From Monocercomonoides exilis PA203 (lineage: Eukaryota > Protista > Preaxostyla): a stretch of 64,000 nucleotides of DNA. Both the position numbers and the translations under genes were made by a program. Shown piece by piece: positions 51,668 to 64,000 of this stretch. The stretch's first letter is position 1. Every line of letters starts with the position of its first letter. Location: assembly GCA_001643675.2 (NCBI GenBank), contig LSRY02000027.1, positions 1,116,001 to 1,180,000 of the forward strand, read 5' to 3'. The notes beneath the pieces were generated by a model. The model had not been told where the DNA came from. It saw only the letters and a list, made by a program, of their open reading frames with translations, and ran no database searches.

Positions 51668-53013
51668 TATATTTCTTTCCCATTTTGGTGATTATTTTTG
51701 TAAACATAATAATTTTCGGAATGATAATTATTTTGCAAAATTTATTGTCATTTGTGAAATATTTATCTTTCGAATTTCAAATGTTTATCTATCGTTTAAA
51801 AAGCCTAAGTTTGACTTTAAAAAAGCAGGAGAGGTTTTTCAAATAAGATAATTCACTTTTCAGGGTTCATTCATGAATATTCATAACATATTATCAAAAT
51901 AGAAAATAAGACAGTAAAAGGTTTCAAATATTATCTCCCAACTTCACCAAGAAAATAATCATGATTTCTATAATAATTACACAAATCGAATACAAAAAGA
52001 AAAAAAGAAAAAAAATTGTTTGGAAAATAAAAATTTCACCATCAAAATTCGATTTTAAATGGTTCAACAATTTTGTATGAAAACACACAAATTAAAAGAT
52101 AGAAATATAAAAGGATTTCTCTATGACGTTTATCTTTTTTTTTTTTTTTTTTTTTTTAATTTCAATTTATGTTGTTTCATGAAAAATCTTTTATGTGGTT
52201 TTTTTCAACAAATTTTCTCTTGGATGATCCCTTGCATCAGATGATATTTCTATTATATGCAAATAAAAAAAGATATTAAAAAACAAAAAATTATATGTAG
52301 AAAAAAATTTATCCCATTATCACTTCATAATAATTAATTGATCAATAAACACCATAAACAAAAAAAAGAAAAATTTTTACAGAAAAGAATATTATATATC
52401 AGCTTCTTTTCACTTATTAAAAGTGAAGACTATGCTCATTAAAATTGTTTTTCATGTGTTTCTCGAACTCTCGTTTTTCCTTTCTTTTTCCTTTCTCTGA
52501 AAAATGAGAAGAATCTTTTTTGTAACATTGCAAATTTTTCAAAAAAAAAAGTGGGATAATGACCAGATAAATGTAATCGCTATAGCAAGAAGAAAATGAA
52601 GAGTAAGAGGAAGAGGAGGAGGAGGAGGAAGAAGAAGAAGAAGAAGAAGAAGATTATGAAGATTATGAAGAAGAAGAAACAGAAAAAGAGGAAGAGGAGG
52701 AGGAAGAAGAAGAAAAAGAAGAAAAAGAAGAACAGAATATGAAGAAAAAGAAAAAGAAGAAGAAGAAGTTGATCTTTTAGCAGGAATAAACTGAAATTGA
52801 GTGGATAATATAGGAGGAGCATTATTTGTGTTGGAATTAGAAGAAGAAGAAGAAGAAGAAGACGATGATGACTACGATAATGAAGATGATGACGATGGTT
52901 GAACAGCAGACAAAGAGGAAAGAGTTGATGTGAATATAATCGGTCTCTTGCATTTTCTTTACCACATCTGTGCCATTTCCTACATCTTCATCATCTTATC
53001 CCATATACTCTTC

Positions 53014-53358
<345 letters not shown>

Positions 53359-53399
53359 CCTCGATGCCGAGCATCTCATCAATCGCATGTCCCACAAAA

Positions 53400-55520
53400 C
53401 TCAATGAAAGCTGATTTTTTTCCCCCTGTTATCCATGAGCTCCATCTCCAAAACTCTCAATGGCTCCAATTTCTGTTTCGCTCTCTGCTCACACGTCTTC
53501 AATCAGCAGCGCAACAGAATTCACCTCAAACGCATCTTCATTCATAGCTCGCGCAAAATGGTTGCCCTGGTTTCTTCCAAAATGGCGAAATTTCCACTCA
53601 TTTTTGTGGAAGAGAAAGGCGATTTTCTTTTTCATCATTTCTCACGCCGACGAAGAAGACACTCAAACTTCGCTTCCATTTGCCTCGATCGGTGCAACAA
53701 TCATCTTCTACTCTTTTTGTTCCACCTTTCAGCCATTTGCATTCTCTGCTCCTTTGATGAAGATGTGGCCCTGTTTGCATCCAATTATTCCTCACAAATT
53801 GTCTGTAGCTCTGCAAATTCCATCCAAAAACGAGCACAAAATGAAAACAAAATGCAAACAACGCAAATGAGTGATGTGGCTGTTGGTGACGAAGAGATAG
53901 CCGAGGCGCAATCACACGATTCGCATTGTCTCTAACATCGATGGGACAACAGTAAAAAATAGAAGACGATGATGATTGAAGAAGATGGCTTCAAGTGAAA
54001 TTATTTCGAAGAAAAGGAGAACCGATGGAGAAAAGAAGGAGAAGAAGAAGAAGAAGAAGAAGAAGAAGAAGAAGAAGAAGAAGAAGAAGACGGAGAAGAA
54101 GATGATGAAGGAAATGATGATGAGAAAGAAAAAGATGAAGAGTGAATTCATTGTTGAAACACAATAATTTCGACGTGATTAAAGAACAATAAAAGTGATA
54201 TAACACACATTTATTACTCTTTTGCAAAATGAGGAATTTTCAAGTGCTGCGGGGAAGATTGGAATTTTGAAAAAAATTAATAGAAGAAGAAGAAGAAGAA
54301 GAAGGCGAAGGCGAAGGCGAAGGCGAAGAAGACAAGGAAAAAGAAGACGAAGACGATGAAGAATTTTTGAATGTTGTTGTTTTCGATGTCTGCAAGGTGT
54401 TCATCACGAAGCAGCTCAAATGCAGAAAAGAAGGAAACTTTTCATCTGAAAACGATGTTGATACAAAAATGATGGATTGTTGAGACATTCGAAAAGAGGC
54501 CCTTTCATTCTTCAACACATTTTCATCGCGCTAATATTGCTGAAGCAAAAAGGAAGAGTTTCTGAATAGCCTGATGAATGCCTCATTTCTGCAAGAGCAT
54601 CTTCCTTGAGAAAACAGAAGTGTTTGCCATTCATCTTCATTCTGATGGAGCAGAAACTGAAATGTCGGCCAATTCCTTCCATATCTACAACGCCAATGCT
54701 TTTGGTCTCTGAAGAATATGAATAACTACTTATGCATTTTTTTCATTGCTCCTTGGCAGCAGAGTCGTCTCCAAATAATTCCTTTTCCAATCTCTTTTCA
54801 TCCGAAAGCAAATGCATTTTGCAACCAATAATGCTCAATCATTCGAATAGAAAAGGACGAACAAAACGCATCACCGAACTCTTATCAAGCGCAAAGCCAG
54901 GCAGCTTGGCCAGTGAAACCAATTTTGATAGATTTGACTCAAATAATCCATTTTTTGATGACCCATGATGCTGTTGCAATTGAACCATCCAACCTTGTTC
55001 TTCTGCCATTCGTTTGGTTTATTTTGTAAAGAATTGCAATTGACGTTTTGCTTGTTTTATCCATTTCGATTTTGGAACTTTTCGCTTCTTTTGTCTTCAG
55101 CAATCACTTCAATCCTTTTCAATGAAATCAGAAACTGCAAAATAATACAACCAACGAGGTCCTTCGAGAATGCAAACATTGGCCATTCTTTGGCTTTCGA
55201 CAAAACAATCAGGAACTCAAAAAAGTCATGAAACTCTTCTTCTCAATCCTTTTGCTTCATTGCAGCTGTCCTCTCCCAACAAGTTCCATTTTTGTATCGT
55301 GAATTAATTCTGTTCCAAAAGGGGAAGAAATCGATTTCATGGAGCATCATGAATCGAATGGCAATTCTCCATTTGCTTTTGATGAATATTTGTTGGTTTG
55401 ATCAGCAAGAAACAAAAAAACTGCCATTTCTTGCCTCGCTCAGCCAATCAGGCTGCTTTCATAGAAATCGTTTCCAAATCTTTTTTTATAAAGCAAAACA
55501 ATTTGGATAGCGACTGTAAC
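53400..55520 (-). pseudogene. Degenerate gene fragments of unknown families
   Basis: Coding-like composition with many stops and frameshifts; (AAG)n at 54041-54088. Confidence 0.3.
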
Positions 55521-55622
55521 CTTCTCAATTTATTGGATCGTGAACGATGTTTGATATTTATTTGATTTTGCTTAATTATTGGGTATATTCGTTGCGAATG
55601 GAATGCACTTTAAATAAACAGA

Positions 55623-57055
55623 ATGGAAGAATTCATTGATGATAAAATAGAAGACGGAAATCGAGAGATGGCCCCAAAGGAAAAGTTTTCAAGTTTGTTC
55701 ATTTTTCACCGTTTTTTCAAAGGCTGATGACTTTTATCATTTGGGGGAAATTTGTTTCTTTAGAGCTGTTTGATGAATTGAAAAGCTGCAGCGTTTCGGA
55801 ACAAAAAGAGAAAATTGAAGAAATGAACAGAATGATTGATGAAATGAATAAAGAAGAACTTTATTCAACATTCACAAAAGAGCAGTTCGAGAAAATCGAT
55901 AAAATGATTGAAGAAGAGAAACTGACGATGGGAAATGCAATCTTGCTATTGAAGCACATGGGGTATTGCAACATTTTGAAAAGCATATACATTGAGGACT
56001 TTTTCTTTTCTTCATTTAACGGAAGATTTGAGGAGATGATTGTTGATGAAGAACAGAATAAAGAGAAGAGAAAAGAAAATCTTCTTACTGGACTTTGTGA
56101 ATGCTACCTTTTGTTGAACATTGGGACTTCATCACAATTGATATCTGATTGCGCGCCCTGTCTTCTGAAAGCTGCGTTGAAAAAAGAGGAAAACGAGGAA
56201 GCTCAAAAAGAAGTGGAAATGGCTCTTTTAGCTCTGAGTTGCATTGACGTATGTAACGTATGGGCATTTCTGTTTCCTTTTTGACTTTATTGATATTTTT
56301 TCATATTTTTTGAACAGATCATTGAAAGAGATCTTTTCCTGAATGAAATCAAAGAAATCATCCAATATCATCAGAAACGTTGCAACCTGACACAACTTGC
56401 CTATCAGTCTGCTTGGGGGTTTTTGATAAAAAGATTTGAGTTAGACAAAAGCTTGGAAGTTGTTATTGCGAATGAGCTGCATTTTATAAGAGAGGCAAGA
56501 AGAGAAGTGGAAGAGTTGTGGAAGAGTGTGGATTGGAAGAAGAAAGAAGAAGAGATGGGGAAAACAGAAAGGAAAGCAATGGATATTATTTTGAGATGGT
56601 TCGGCCCAATTGGTGATTACTTCTACTCATGTCATTTGTGGAATGAAGAATATGTTGGACTTCTCCGCAGCATTGTTGACGTGCTTCTTGCATCAAGAGA
56701 TAATCACAGTGAAATATGCGAGGAATGCGTTCGATTATTTAAAGCAGCAGCAGAAAACAGAGCTGTGAAACTTGTTGCCTTGCTGAAAAGTGGTGCCATT
56801 GATGCTGCTTTGGAGGAGATTCCAAAATCGACATTGAATAGAAGAATGACATATGAATTTATTAATTTTTTTCATTTGATTTCAATGCGTTTCAAAGGAA
56901 AGGGAGAAGCGAAAACTACGGAGGAGGAAAGAAAAGAGTTGAAAAGGAAAATATTTGAAAAGCAAGAAGAAGAGGGATTCGAAGATATCATTGTTAGATT
57001 TCAAAAAACGAATAGATTCTATTATGCTAATGATGCCATATTCATTCATCTTTGA
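55623..57055 (+). CDS. Member of an expanded helical (possibly ARM-like) lineage-specific family; 3 exons
   Basis: ATG 55623; introns 55693-55763 and about 56258-56317 (GT..AG) keep the frame; EQKEKIEEMN, EVEMALLALSCI, LAYQSAW, LLKSGAIDA motifs shared with the neighbouring paralog. Confidence 0.85.
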
Positions 57056-57432
57056 ATAATTCACACGTATTTTTTTAAGTCTTGAAAAAACGAAAAGCTT
57101 TGTATTTTGTTACTCAAAATTTTTGTTTGACTCTTTTCAACATTTCACAATTCAACAAACAATTGAATCATTATTTAGGTTTCTTTTAAAACTTCTTTGA
57201 AATGGAGCTGAATCAAAAGAATAATTATTACAATAATAATAAAAAAGAAAAAAGGAGAAAACAAGAGTCAATCATTTTTTGAAGGCTCAACTTTTTTGGA
57301 TCGATCAGATCCCCGCAGAGAATATCAATCAAACGGTTCAATTGTTTGAGTGGAGATAATAAATGAAGCTAAAAAAAGGGAGGAAAGAAAAATGAAAAGT
57401 TTGAGTTACAAAACACAAAGCATTTCATTTCC

Positions 57433-58857
57433 TCAGGCATTTACAAAATAATCAGAAATATTCAATGACAATCCGAAATGATATTTTTTGTTAAGAAAAT
57501 CAAATATTCCATGAAAACTTATGATGACATCTTCGTATCCTTCTTCTTCCATCTTTTCAAAAATCTCTTTTTTTGTTGCCTTTCTTTTCGCATCTTTTTT
57601 TTCATCTTTTTCCTCTTCTTTCAATCTCCTTGAAATTGCATCAAAAAATTGCAAGATTTCATATTTTATTTCGTCATCTACCGTTGGTTGCTGAATTTCC
57701 TCTAAGACAGCATCAATGGCACCACTTTTCAGCAAGGCATCAACTTTCACAACTCTTTTTTCTGCTGATGTTCTTAACAAATATATGCATGTTTTGTAGA
57801 TTTCTCTGCGATAGTCATTCGCTGCTCGAAGTACCTGAACAATACTCTCAACAATCCCCGAGCATTCTTCATTCCATTTTCTGCATGTGACAAAGAAATT
57901 ATCAAACATTTGCAGCCATCTTTTCAAAACAAGTTCTTCATTCTTCCCTTTTCCTTTTATTTCCTCTTCTTCTTTCTTCTTCCAATCCACGCTTTGCATC
58001 AGCTCATCCAATTCTCTTGCTGCCTCTCTTTCAAAATTCATCTCATCCACAATAACTTCTATTGTTTTTTGGTCGTTGAATGATAGAATAATCAAAAACC
58101 ACCAAGCAGACTGATAGGCAAGTCGTGTCAAATTGTGACGCTTTTCATGATATTGGATGATTTCTTTCATCTCGTTCAGGAAAAGATCTCTTCCTATGTT
58201 CTGTTCAAAAATAAGAAAAATTAGAAAATATTTCAAAAATAAAAAAGAAATGTTCAAACGAAATGCGAGAAAATGCAACTCAATGCCAGAAGTGCCATTT
58301 CCACTTCTTTTTGCGTTTCCTCGTTTTCCTCTTTCTTCAATGCAGCTTTCAGAAGACAAGGCACACAGATTCCATACAATTCTTTTGGAAGCGTTAAAAA
58401 AAGATGGCTAATTAGAAAAATGCATTCGCAAAGATCAGCCATAAGCTTTTCATCCTTTCCTTCTTTTTTCTCATTTTCATCAATGATCATCTTCTTAAAT
58501 CTTTTGTTCAATGGAGAACTTTCAAAGAATAGAGTCATAATTTTTTTCAACGCTTTACAATAACCCATGTGCTTCAACAGCAAGATTGCATTTTCCATCG
58601 TCAGTTTCTCTTCTTCAATCATTTGATCGATTTTAATGAACAGTTCTTTTGTGAATGTTGAATGATTTTCTCTTCATCCATTTCTTCCATCAATCCAATC
58701 ATTTCTTCAATTTTCTGTTTTTGCCTTTCCTTGTTGCAATCTTCAAGCTCAGAAAACAATTCTTCAAAAAATAAAATTAAAATCGTAACTATCAAGAATT
58801 CGAATTCAACAATGAGCATAAACCATTGAACCTTTCAGTTCCACCCGTTGTCTGCAT
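57433..58857 (-). pseudogene. Convergent paralog of 55623-57055 with one frameshift near 58665
   Basis: Same exon structure and motifs; ORFs 58619..58819 and 58254..58622 are out of frame (could be a sequencing error). Confidence 0.75.
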
Positions 58858-59849
58858 TTTTGAAAGCGCATTGCATCCAGAAAACAACGAACATTCGTCA
58901 TTTGCATTGAATAAGGAAATCATTGGAAAGAAGAAATTGGGGCAAAATATAAACTTAAAATAATCATGAAAACATAAGTTGTTATACCATTCTGCGTTGT
59001 TAGTGTTATTTGACAAGTCGTTACAAAGAAAGAAAGAAAAAACGATTAATCTTTTTTATTGTTTGCAGTAATGGATATTTAGATCATTTGATTTGAAAAA
59101 CCAAAAATATTTTTTGTTGAAATGAGAGATCGGTGAGCGAACATTTTTCTAAGAATAGGCAATATTATTATTTGTGTCTGAGGAAGGCAATGATGGAAAC
59201 GCAACAATGATGGAATTGGGGGAGATGATTTAAATGATCAGCATTGTCGAAGGAAATTCATTTTCCAAAATAACATATGAAAAATGTGATGTGTGCATTT
59301 TTAATTGTTCTTGTTCATTTTAAAGATATTTTTATTTGTTGCCTTTTCAGAGTCCAGGAATCTGAAAAATTATACAAATGGCCATTCTTTTGCTTTTCTG
59401 AGGAGAACATGAGAAGAGTGCTGGATGGCGAGATACATTCAGCAGATGGGAATTGCAAATTTTTTGTATTCAATTGGAACAGGGGAAGAAAAACAAATTT
59501 GATTTCAAAGCATTTGGATAAGAGAGGAAAAAGAAAAATGTCCACAATTTAACGGCTCTTGGAAAGAATAGAATTCGGAGATATTTTTTTCAGAAAAAAA
59601 ATTGGATGACAACATTGAAAGCAGGATATTTATGAGGGATAAAAGGATGATGGAGAAAGCAGCACAGGGAAACAATGGAAAAGGAGAATGGCAGCATCAG
59701 CGATTGAACAATCTTCTACTTTTGCAATAGGGAGGGTGTATGTGTTCTTTTGAAGAATTTTTATAATCAATTCAAAACTAATTATTTATATATTTTTTGA
59801 ATATTTTTTCTTCCAGCCAACATTATTTTTTATGTTGAGCGTCATTCTC

Positions 59850-60944
59850 AGAGAAATTTCAGTTAAAGCAGCATTTTTGCGAATTGTGTTGTTTCTTCTC
59901 CTTCTCCTTCGATCTCTTCATTGATGATATTTAATGCTTGGTTGTGGAGAAGAGCAGCTTCATCTTATTTGAGAATTTTGTTGTTTGAATTACCATCATA
60001 TTCTCATGTTGCAACACAAAATAAATCAACCTTTTCTTGCTGCTGTTTGCTGATATGAAATTCGTAACTGTCCATTATGCCTTCATTTTCTTCAAATGAG
60101 TCTTGTTCGCCTTTGTCATTCAGCAGCCCTTGAAGAGTTCATCTTGATCATTTCATTTCATTTGTTATTATCAACAACATCTTCTTCTTCTTCCATTTCA
60201 CTTTTCTGCTTCTGCAATTATTGCACTCCATCCAACAAACAAGTTTGTGGTGGAGAAGCAACACGCCAACATCATCATGAAGATTTTCGTCTCTTCTTCG
60301 AAACAGCATTGTTCATTCCATCTGAACATCTGCAGATGTTGCAAAAGCAAATTCGACAGAATCAAGTTTTGAGTGAGTTCTGATGAGCCAACAAACAATT
60401 GCCACACAACAAATAGAATGCAACAGAATTGTGTCTCAAGTGCTGGGGAAAAAATTGGAAGTGTTGTTGGATGCTGAATATGAGGCTGCACATTTTGAGA
60501 AGAGAAAAGAAGAGTTTGATGATGAGATGGGGAGGGGATATTGTGCGTTTAAAAGGGGAAACAAGGTGAATGCTATTCTGTTCGAATTCTATTTTTGTAT
60601 GGGAAAGACACAAAGAAAGAGAGAGAGAAAGAGAGAAAGAGAGAAAGAGAGAAAGAGAGAGAAACTGAGGAAATATTTTGAATGACGGAATTAATTCGAA
60701 TAAAATACCTGTTTTCATTTCATTCAAATCGATCAACATAAGCATCAATGTCATCATCATCATCTTCTTCTTCTTCTTCTTCCTCTCCTTCTCCATTATA
60801 TTCTTCTTCTTCTTCTTCCTCTTCTTCCTCTTCCTCTTCTTCTTCTTCTATTTCTTCTTCTTCTTCTTCTTCTTCAACTTCAACTTCATCATCAGCTCCT
60901 GCAATTGTCCATTCGGATGTTTCGGCAATGGTAGCATCATCCAC
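59850..60944 (-). pseudogene. Acidic low-complexity gene fragment
   Basis: Poly-Glu/Asp ORF 60720..60944 plus broken downstream frames. Confidence 0.3.
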
Positions 60945-60949
60945 ATCTG

Positions 60950-62601
60950 CAGCGATTTATCTGGCGGTGCTGGAAGAGCGAGAAGAAATAGAGGAAGGAG
61001 ATGGGAATGAGGAGAAAGGCGGGAATCCGACAGCACACTGAGAGTTTGTGGAAAGTATCAAAGAGAATCGTGGGAAGCTGGAAGAAGCGATGGTGTTGAT
61101 GATTGTCAAAGAGCTTGAGATGGGTCGACTGAGGTTTGCGAAGACTGAGGCGGGTAAAGACAAGCAGCATTCAGTGAAACCTTACATGAACAGATCTTCA
61201 TCAGCCAATGGCGTTCAACAGGAGAACAGGAGATCAGAAGAAGAAGTAGCAGATGAACCTTTGAGCATAACTTCAGAGGGTTGTGAAGGAAGTGTGGAGA
61301 AAGATGTGGAACAGGTGGAAATATCGACGAATGGTTTGGCAACAAATGAGGAGTCAGGGAAAGAGGGTAGTTTGATTGATTTGGAGAAGGAAGAGGAAGA
61401 AGAAGAAGAAGAAGAGGAAGAGGGACAGATTCTGGATGTGGAATCGCTGCTGAGTGTTCCTGCGCACCCGGAGTGTGTGACGCTGGTTGACGAGAGTGCG
61501 TATGGGAGCTGGAGGGACTATCTGGTGACGATGACGGTGACGGGGGCGCTGGTGGAGCTGTGTGCCTAGCGGGAGCGGATTGTGGGGAAGCCGGTTGTGG
61601 AAGGGATGACACAGCCTGACAGGACAATGAGCGTCACGTTCATTGGGGAGAGGCTGTTTGTGAGGAGAAAGAAGAGAAGAGAAGGGGGTGGGGGTAGGGG
61701 TGGGGGTGGGTGTTTGGCATCAGATGGAGTGTCGTTGCATTTGAACTCGGACAGGCAGAGAGAGAGGATGGACGAGTTTGTTGCGATTGGGGCAGTTGTG
61801 CCGCAGGAAAGTGTACCGCTGATAGTTCTGCGGGATGCGACGTATGTTATCAGGAAAGTGTGCCACTGGAAAGGGATGATTGAGGTGTTTGGTGTTTTGT
61901 ATTGTGTGTTTGTGGACAAATGGGAGTTGCTGAAGGATTCATCAGCATTCCTGTGAATGTTGTATTTTCTGCTATAAGGCATCAAGATAGCGCCTGGAAA
62001 CTACCTCCTTACGCACAACGCAGGAACTGCTGCTTTGCATATGTGCGCTCCTTCCTCTGATTCTGCGCATTCGATGTCTGCTTTGCTTCTGGCTTCTTCT
62101 CAATCTGCACAGGCGTGTGCCTGCCTCTCTCCAGCAGCGACACGCAGCTTTGTGATAGTGCAGCCATTCTACCAGCCGGAGCTGTTGTGTATTCCGTACG
62201 AGCAGTTCTTTTTAAAAAGTCACTAGCACAACATCACGTTTGACTTTGATGGGATGTGTAATGTTCTGTTCCAGCTTGCGGGGCATCTCATTGCGGAAGT
62301 TGTGGGGTTTGTTGCGTGCGAGCGGTCGGAGGAGCTTGCAGCGCGGACAGCAGCGCGAGCGCTGGAGAAGGTGGCTGTGCAGATGTTGCACTGTGCGTTT
62401 GTTTCTTCGCCGAGCTGGGAAGACAAGAAAAGAGATGGGAAAAGTGGGTGCATGGGGAGAATGGGGCAGTGGCAAGAGGGAAGGCGATGGAGAGGTAGAA
62501 CTTTGTTGGAAATGGGCATGAGAAAAGCGCGCGAGAGAAAGGAGACTTGGCAAAAGCTGGTCTTAATGACCGGTCGCGCATTGACGATGCAGTTCCTCTG
62601 A
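60950..62601 (+). pseudogene. 3' part of a repeated lineage-specific gene family (paralog of 3780-4830)
   Basis: ORFs 61048..61569 and 61582..61956 in one frame split by a single stop, followed by 62254..62601. Confidence 0.7.
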
Positions 62602-62779
62602 AAGATTCCATTTGTTCGATTTTCAAGTTTGCTTTATTTTCTATCTGTCAATCTTTCTTTCTTTCTTTCTTTTTCGATTCACTTACATATTATTTTGTAT
62701 TTTTATTGATATTCTGTTTATGTTTTATTTTTCTGTTGAGATATTAATTAATGGAATTCAAATTATATTTTTTTATATG

Positions 62780-64000
62780 GCAAATTTTCAAAATAATTAG
62801 AAATAGATGCAAATACATGGAGCATAAGCAGCTGAAATGAGCGAGGATGCCGTTGAACGTCAAAAGCGAAAAAGAAACAGTTGCATTGAAAGGCAGTGCG
62901 CTCAATGGGTAATTGTGGAATGATAGCTTGCAGAAGAATAATTTTACGATTTCTTGAAGAAGTCAGTGCTTTGGATGGCTTTTGAAAGGATTGTATAAGC
63001 TGATTAAAAAACACAGAGCAATGTTGATCTGAGGAACCTAGAATCTGCGCAGCTGTGTGGAAAGGAAAGAAAAAGGGAATATTGCAGTTATTCATCAATG
63101 CTGGGGACAAATTGGCAATGTGCTATGATATTTAATGGTTCGGATGACGTTTTGTCGTTTTTTTTCATTGAAGCATCAGGGTTGATGTGCCAATCATTTT
63201 TAAGTTCATACAGCTGAATTTCTTTGATCTTGTGCAAAGTTGAGGGAATTTTTCTGGAGACTGCTGCTAGATATTTGGCATGTTGCATGAGGACAGACAT
63301 TGGAGAGGAAGGCATAAGTGATGAAAATACAGTTGGGGTGCATAAAGGTTGATCTTTGCTGCATTGTGATGGATTTGGACATCCAGCAGAAGTTCAGTTT
63401 GGAGTTTGACAAGTCTGATAAGTGGCAAAGAAAAGCAGAAAAAGCGTTTTTGATTCATAACAGTCAAGCTGGGCGTGAGATGGCGCGTTCAGTTGAAGTG
63501 TGAATTCGCATTTACAAATGATTTATTTGTTATTTTTATTTTTATTTTCATTTATATTTATTGTGGAATATTCCATCATCTTCTTTTTCAACGAAAGACA
63601 TTCTTGAAGCAGGCCATGATATTCTTTTGAAGTGCCGAATTCGATGAAGAACTAGTTTCTTTGAAGCAAGCGCAAACGAACAACAAATTCGTTGATTCTG
63701 TTTTGAAGAATATGTACCACAAGCTGAAAAGGGAAAGCTCATCGAGAAATTATTCAAGAAGTTTCAGCTAAAGATGCGCATGTGTTTGCATATTGAATTT
63801 TCCAGTGAATAAGGCTGACAGATCTCCAATAAAGCATGCAGCAGAAATTTTGCATTTGAACAGATTTTTAAAGTCAAATGTGAACAATCAATAATAAACG
63901 CTACAAATTTATTCAATTGATCGTATGAGGGAGAGGAAAATGGGGAAACAATGGGGGAGGTTGGAGGACTGATCGAAGAGAAGAAAAGATGATAATGGAG
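62780..64000 (-). pseudogene. Degenerate gene fragment, unknown family
   Basis: Overlapping short minus-strand ORFs in shifting frames. Confidence 0.3.

Overview
AT-rich eukaryotic DNA with short GT-AG introns. Gene style and the 55.6-58.9 kb family suggest an oxymonad such as Monocercomonoides (inference). About 42 kb (10-52 kb) is a transposon graveyard zoned by element type. 10-34 kb holds seven pogo-like DDE_1 elements interleaved with PIF/Harbinger/ISL2EU-type (DDE_Tnp_4) elements, which sit on AGT/ANT sites at pogo termini. 35-51 kb holds eight RT-less tyrosine-recombinase (Crypton-like) genes of three subtypes in a repeating I(+) II(-) III(-) order, plus two Merlin remnants. Three MITE families with TATGG...CCATA-like ends are inserted throughout. 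At the left edge, missed by the ORF track because it runs off the window, is a >640-codon open frame fusing a ubiquitin-specific protease (C19) domain with its catalytic motifs to a Sola-like DDD transposase. Both flanks carry low-complexity genes and pseudogenes of expanded lineage-specific families. All translations and alignments were done by eye, so coordinates of degenerate elements are approximate.
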